Part shown: in pieces, positions 62,254 through 64,000 of the stretch
Position numbering within the stretch: position 1 is the first letter of the stretch
How the letters are laid out: every line of letters begins with the position of its first letter
Origin: Candidatus Hydrogenedentota bacterium
Lineage (GTDB): Bacteria > Hydrogenedentota > Hydrogenedentia > Hydrogenedentales > SLHB01
Assembly: GCA_034408725.1 (NCBI GenBank)
Contig: JAWXCN010000182.1
Coordinates: 41,443 to 105,442, forward strand
DNA: 64,000 bases
Reading direction: 5' to 3'
Notes under the pieces: generated by a model
Told to the model about the DNA's origin: nothing
What the model saw: the letters and a program-made list of their open reading frames with translations, nothing else
Database searches by the model: none
Position numbers and translations under genes: made by a program

Positions 62254-63396
62254 TCAAAAATCTGTAACGCGGGGCGCAGATTTGCCATCTTCATAATAAT
62301 ACCGGCGGACGAGTTGGCCATCGAGGTACACCTCTACCGTCATTTGGTCCACGTACCGGATAAATACGGTCACGCGCGCCCCTGGCGGGATTTTTCCGGC
62401 GTCGCCGGGCTTCGGAAACGCCGTTTTCTTGGAGCCGTCCCGGCCGACGGTGAATATCTCGACGTGCCGATCAACAAATCCTTGCGGCACTAGATAGCGC
62501 AGTTCGACGCGATGCTCCACCTCGGCAACCTCGGCATCCGTCTTAACATCTACTACGACTTTTTCCCCCGGGACCAATTCACTGCCCGCGACGGGCAATT
62601 GCTTTAGCACCACATTGAGTTTGGCGCCCCGCGTCTCAACCTTGACTACGCTTAGCGTCATCCCGATCCCCGCAGCGAGCTTCCGCGCCTCCGCCAATCC
62701 GAGGCCCGCGAAGTCCGGCACAAGCTGGCGTGGACCGCGATTGATTCCTTCGCTAAGCAGCAACGAAACCGTGCTATTGGACGCGACTTCCATGGTTGCC
62801 GGTGGATACTGGGAGATAACGGTGCCTTCAGGAAGGTTACTCGGCACGCGCGCTGGTGATTGGCTAATCGCTAGCTGAGGCGTGAGCAGGTCTCGCGCCT
62901 CAGCTTCAGTCAACTTCACAACACTTGGCACGGTCACGTAAGCAGTTCCCTTGCTCACCGTTGGATACACCCGTCGGCCCGCGCGAACGACTTCTCCCGG
63001 TGCCGGACGCTGAAATATCACATAGTCTGGCGCAACCTTCGAACTTTGGATGAGCGAAGGCTCGCCCATCGAAAGTCCCATGTCCTGAAGCAACTTTTTT
63101 GCTTCATCTTTGTGTTTGCCCTGCACGTTTGGCACGGTGACGGTTTCCTTGCCCGCAACGGCGGCCGCATCATTCGCCACGGCTTCGTTGAATACGTAAA
63201 ACCCCGCAACCGCCATCGCCAAAAGAAAAAAAACGGTCGCGAGACTCCACTTCAGACTCCACCACGCAAACCCAAATACAAAGGTTGTTACGCGGAGGAC
63301 GCCTTCCGCAATCGCATCAAGAAGAACCCGTCCATACTGCCGCTTCCGGGCAGGGTCCGGTACGTTCCTGGAGCTATCTTCCACTCGTTGAGCCAT
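62254..63396 (-). CDS. PASTA-domain membrane protein (three PASTA repeats, no kinase)
   Basis: TM then VPNV, VPSV and VPDF repeats, each with V..Q.P; start codon uncertain. Confidence 0.88.
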   Translation of the reverse strand: MAQRVEDSSRNVPDPARKRQYGRVLLDAIAEGVLRVTTFVFGFAWWSLKWSLATVFFLLAMAVAGFYVFNEAVANDAAAVAGKETVTVPNVQGKHKDEAKKLLQDMGLSMGEPSLIQSSKVAPDYVIFQRPAPGEVVRAGRRVYPTVSKGTAYVTVPSVVKLTEAEARDLLTPQLAISQSPARVPSNLPEGTVISQYPPATMEVASNSTVSLLLSEGINRGPRQLVPDFAGLGLAEARKLAAGIGMTLSVVKVETRGAKLNVVLKQLPVAGSELVPGEKVVVDVKTDAEVAEVEHRVELRYLVPQGFVDRHVEIFTVGRDGSKKTAFPKPGDAGKIPPGARVTVFIRYVDQMTVEVYLDGQLVRRYYYEDGKSAPRVTDF

Positions 63397-64000
63397 GCTG
63401 GTCCATCTTCAAAATGAAACCCCGGCAGCGCGCCGGCATACGTCCGGACGCTCAGGGTCTCTTCCCGTGTGATCGTGCAAACCGAATAGACGATTCGTCC
63501 GCCATTCTCGCAAAGTTGCGCCGCGGCCCGCAATAAATCCCGTTGCAGGTTCGCAAGGCGCGCCGGTTCATCCGGCCTCACGCGCCATTTGATGTCTGGA
63601 TGCCGCCGCAACGTCCCCAGACCTGAACACGGCGCATCCAAAAGGACCGCGTCAAATCGGGAGCCAAACGGCGCCGTCAGGCCGTCGCCGCAGACGGTGT
63701 GAACATTTGCCAAGCCCAGCCGGTGAACATTGTCGTCGATCTGTGCGATACGCCACTTTGAAATGTCCATACCGGCCACCATGCCGGTATCGTTCATCAA
63801 CTGTGATAGGTGCGTCGTTTTCCCGCCGGGCGCCGCACACATATCTAATACCCGCGCGCCACGCTCGGGTTCCAGGAGATGTGGAGGAATCATCGAGGCC
63901 GGGTCCTGCAAAATGTAATGGCCTTGCTGGAACAGTTTTGCGCGAAGCGGCGAACCACCGAGAACGGTCAGTTCTTCGGGAATCGCTGTCGACTTCTCGA
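63288..64000 (-). CDS. rsmB: 16S rRNA m5C967 methyltransferase (5'-truncated by window)
   Basis: QDPAS, LDMCAAPGGKT, DAPCSGLG..RRHPD, YSVCT, DGFF. Confidence 0.95.
   Translation of the reverse strand, partial: EKSTAIPEELTVLGGSPLRAKLFQQGHYILQDPASMIPPHLLEPERGARVLDMCAAPGGKTTHLSQLMNDTGMVAGMDISKWRIAQIDDNVHRLGLANVHTVCGDGLTAPFGSRFDAVLLDAPCSGLGTLRRHPDIKWRVRPDEPARLANLQRDLLRAAAQLCENGGRIVYSVCTITREETLSVRTYAGALPGFHFEDGPAWLNEWKIAPGTYRTLPGSGSMDGFFLMRLRKASSA

Overview
Gene-dense, moderately GC-rich bacterial chromosomal segment with about 60 CDSs. I found no rRNA, tRNA, CRISPR array, transposase or prophage. Several Tat-exported oxidoreductases, a PEP-CTERM protein, sigma54 activators and DUF3500 suggest a diderm of PVC/Hydrogenedentota-like lifestyle (inference only). 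Housekeeping genes (gmhA, hemG/Y, sodA, thiC, dusB, araD, ppk2, secA, leuA, rnhA, dacA, rpe, rsmB) are interspersed with accessory loci. The best candidate for an undescribed system is at 4504-5714: a membrane-anchored low-complexity protein with three L-x-x-G-[ST]-K-S repeats, translationally coupled to a di-iron sterol-desaturase/hydroxylase-family enzyme and lying next to a PepSY-TM gene, an arrangement resembling a RiPP precursor plus modifying enzyme. Items missing from the ORF track include a sigma54-driven 56-aa tail-anchored membrane protein (12099-12269), a decayed divergent paralog of the PEP-CTERM gene (17209-17485), a frameshifted orphan ParD-like antitoxin (29258-29510), four sigma54 promoters, two inverted pairs of REP-like elements, a BlaI operator and a possible leuA leader peptide. 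Also present are a type III PKS three-gene cluster, a BlaI/BlaR1/serine-hydrolase operon and an AbiEii-like toxin-antitoxin pair. All calls come from motif recognition by eye; no database search was run.
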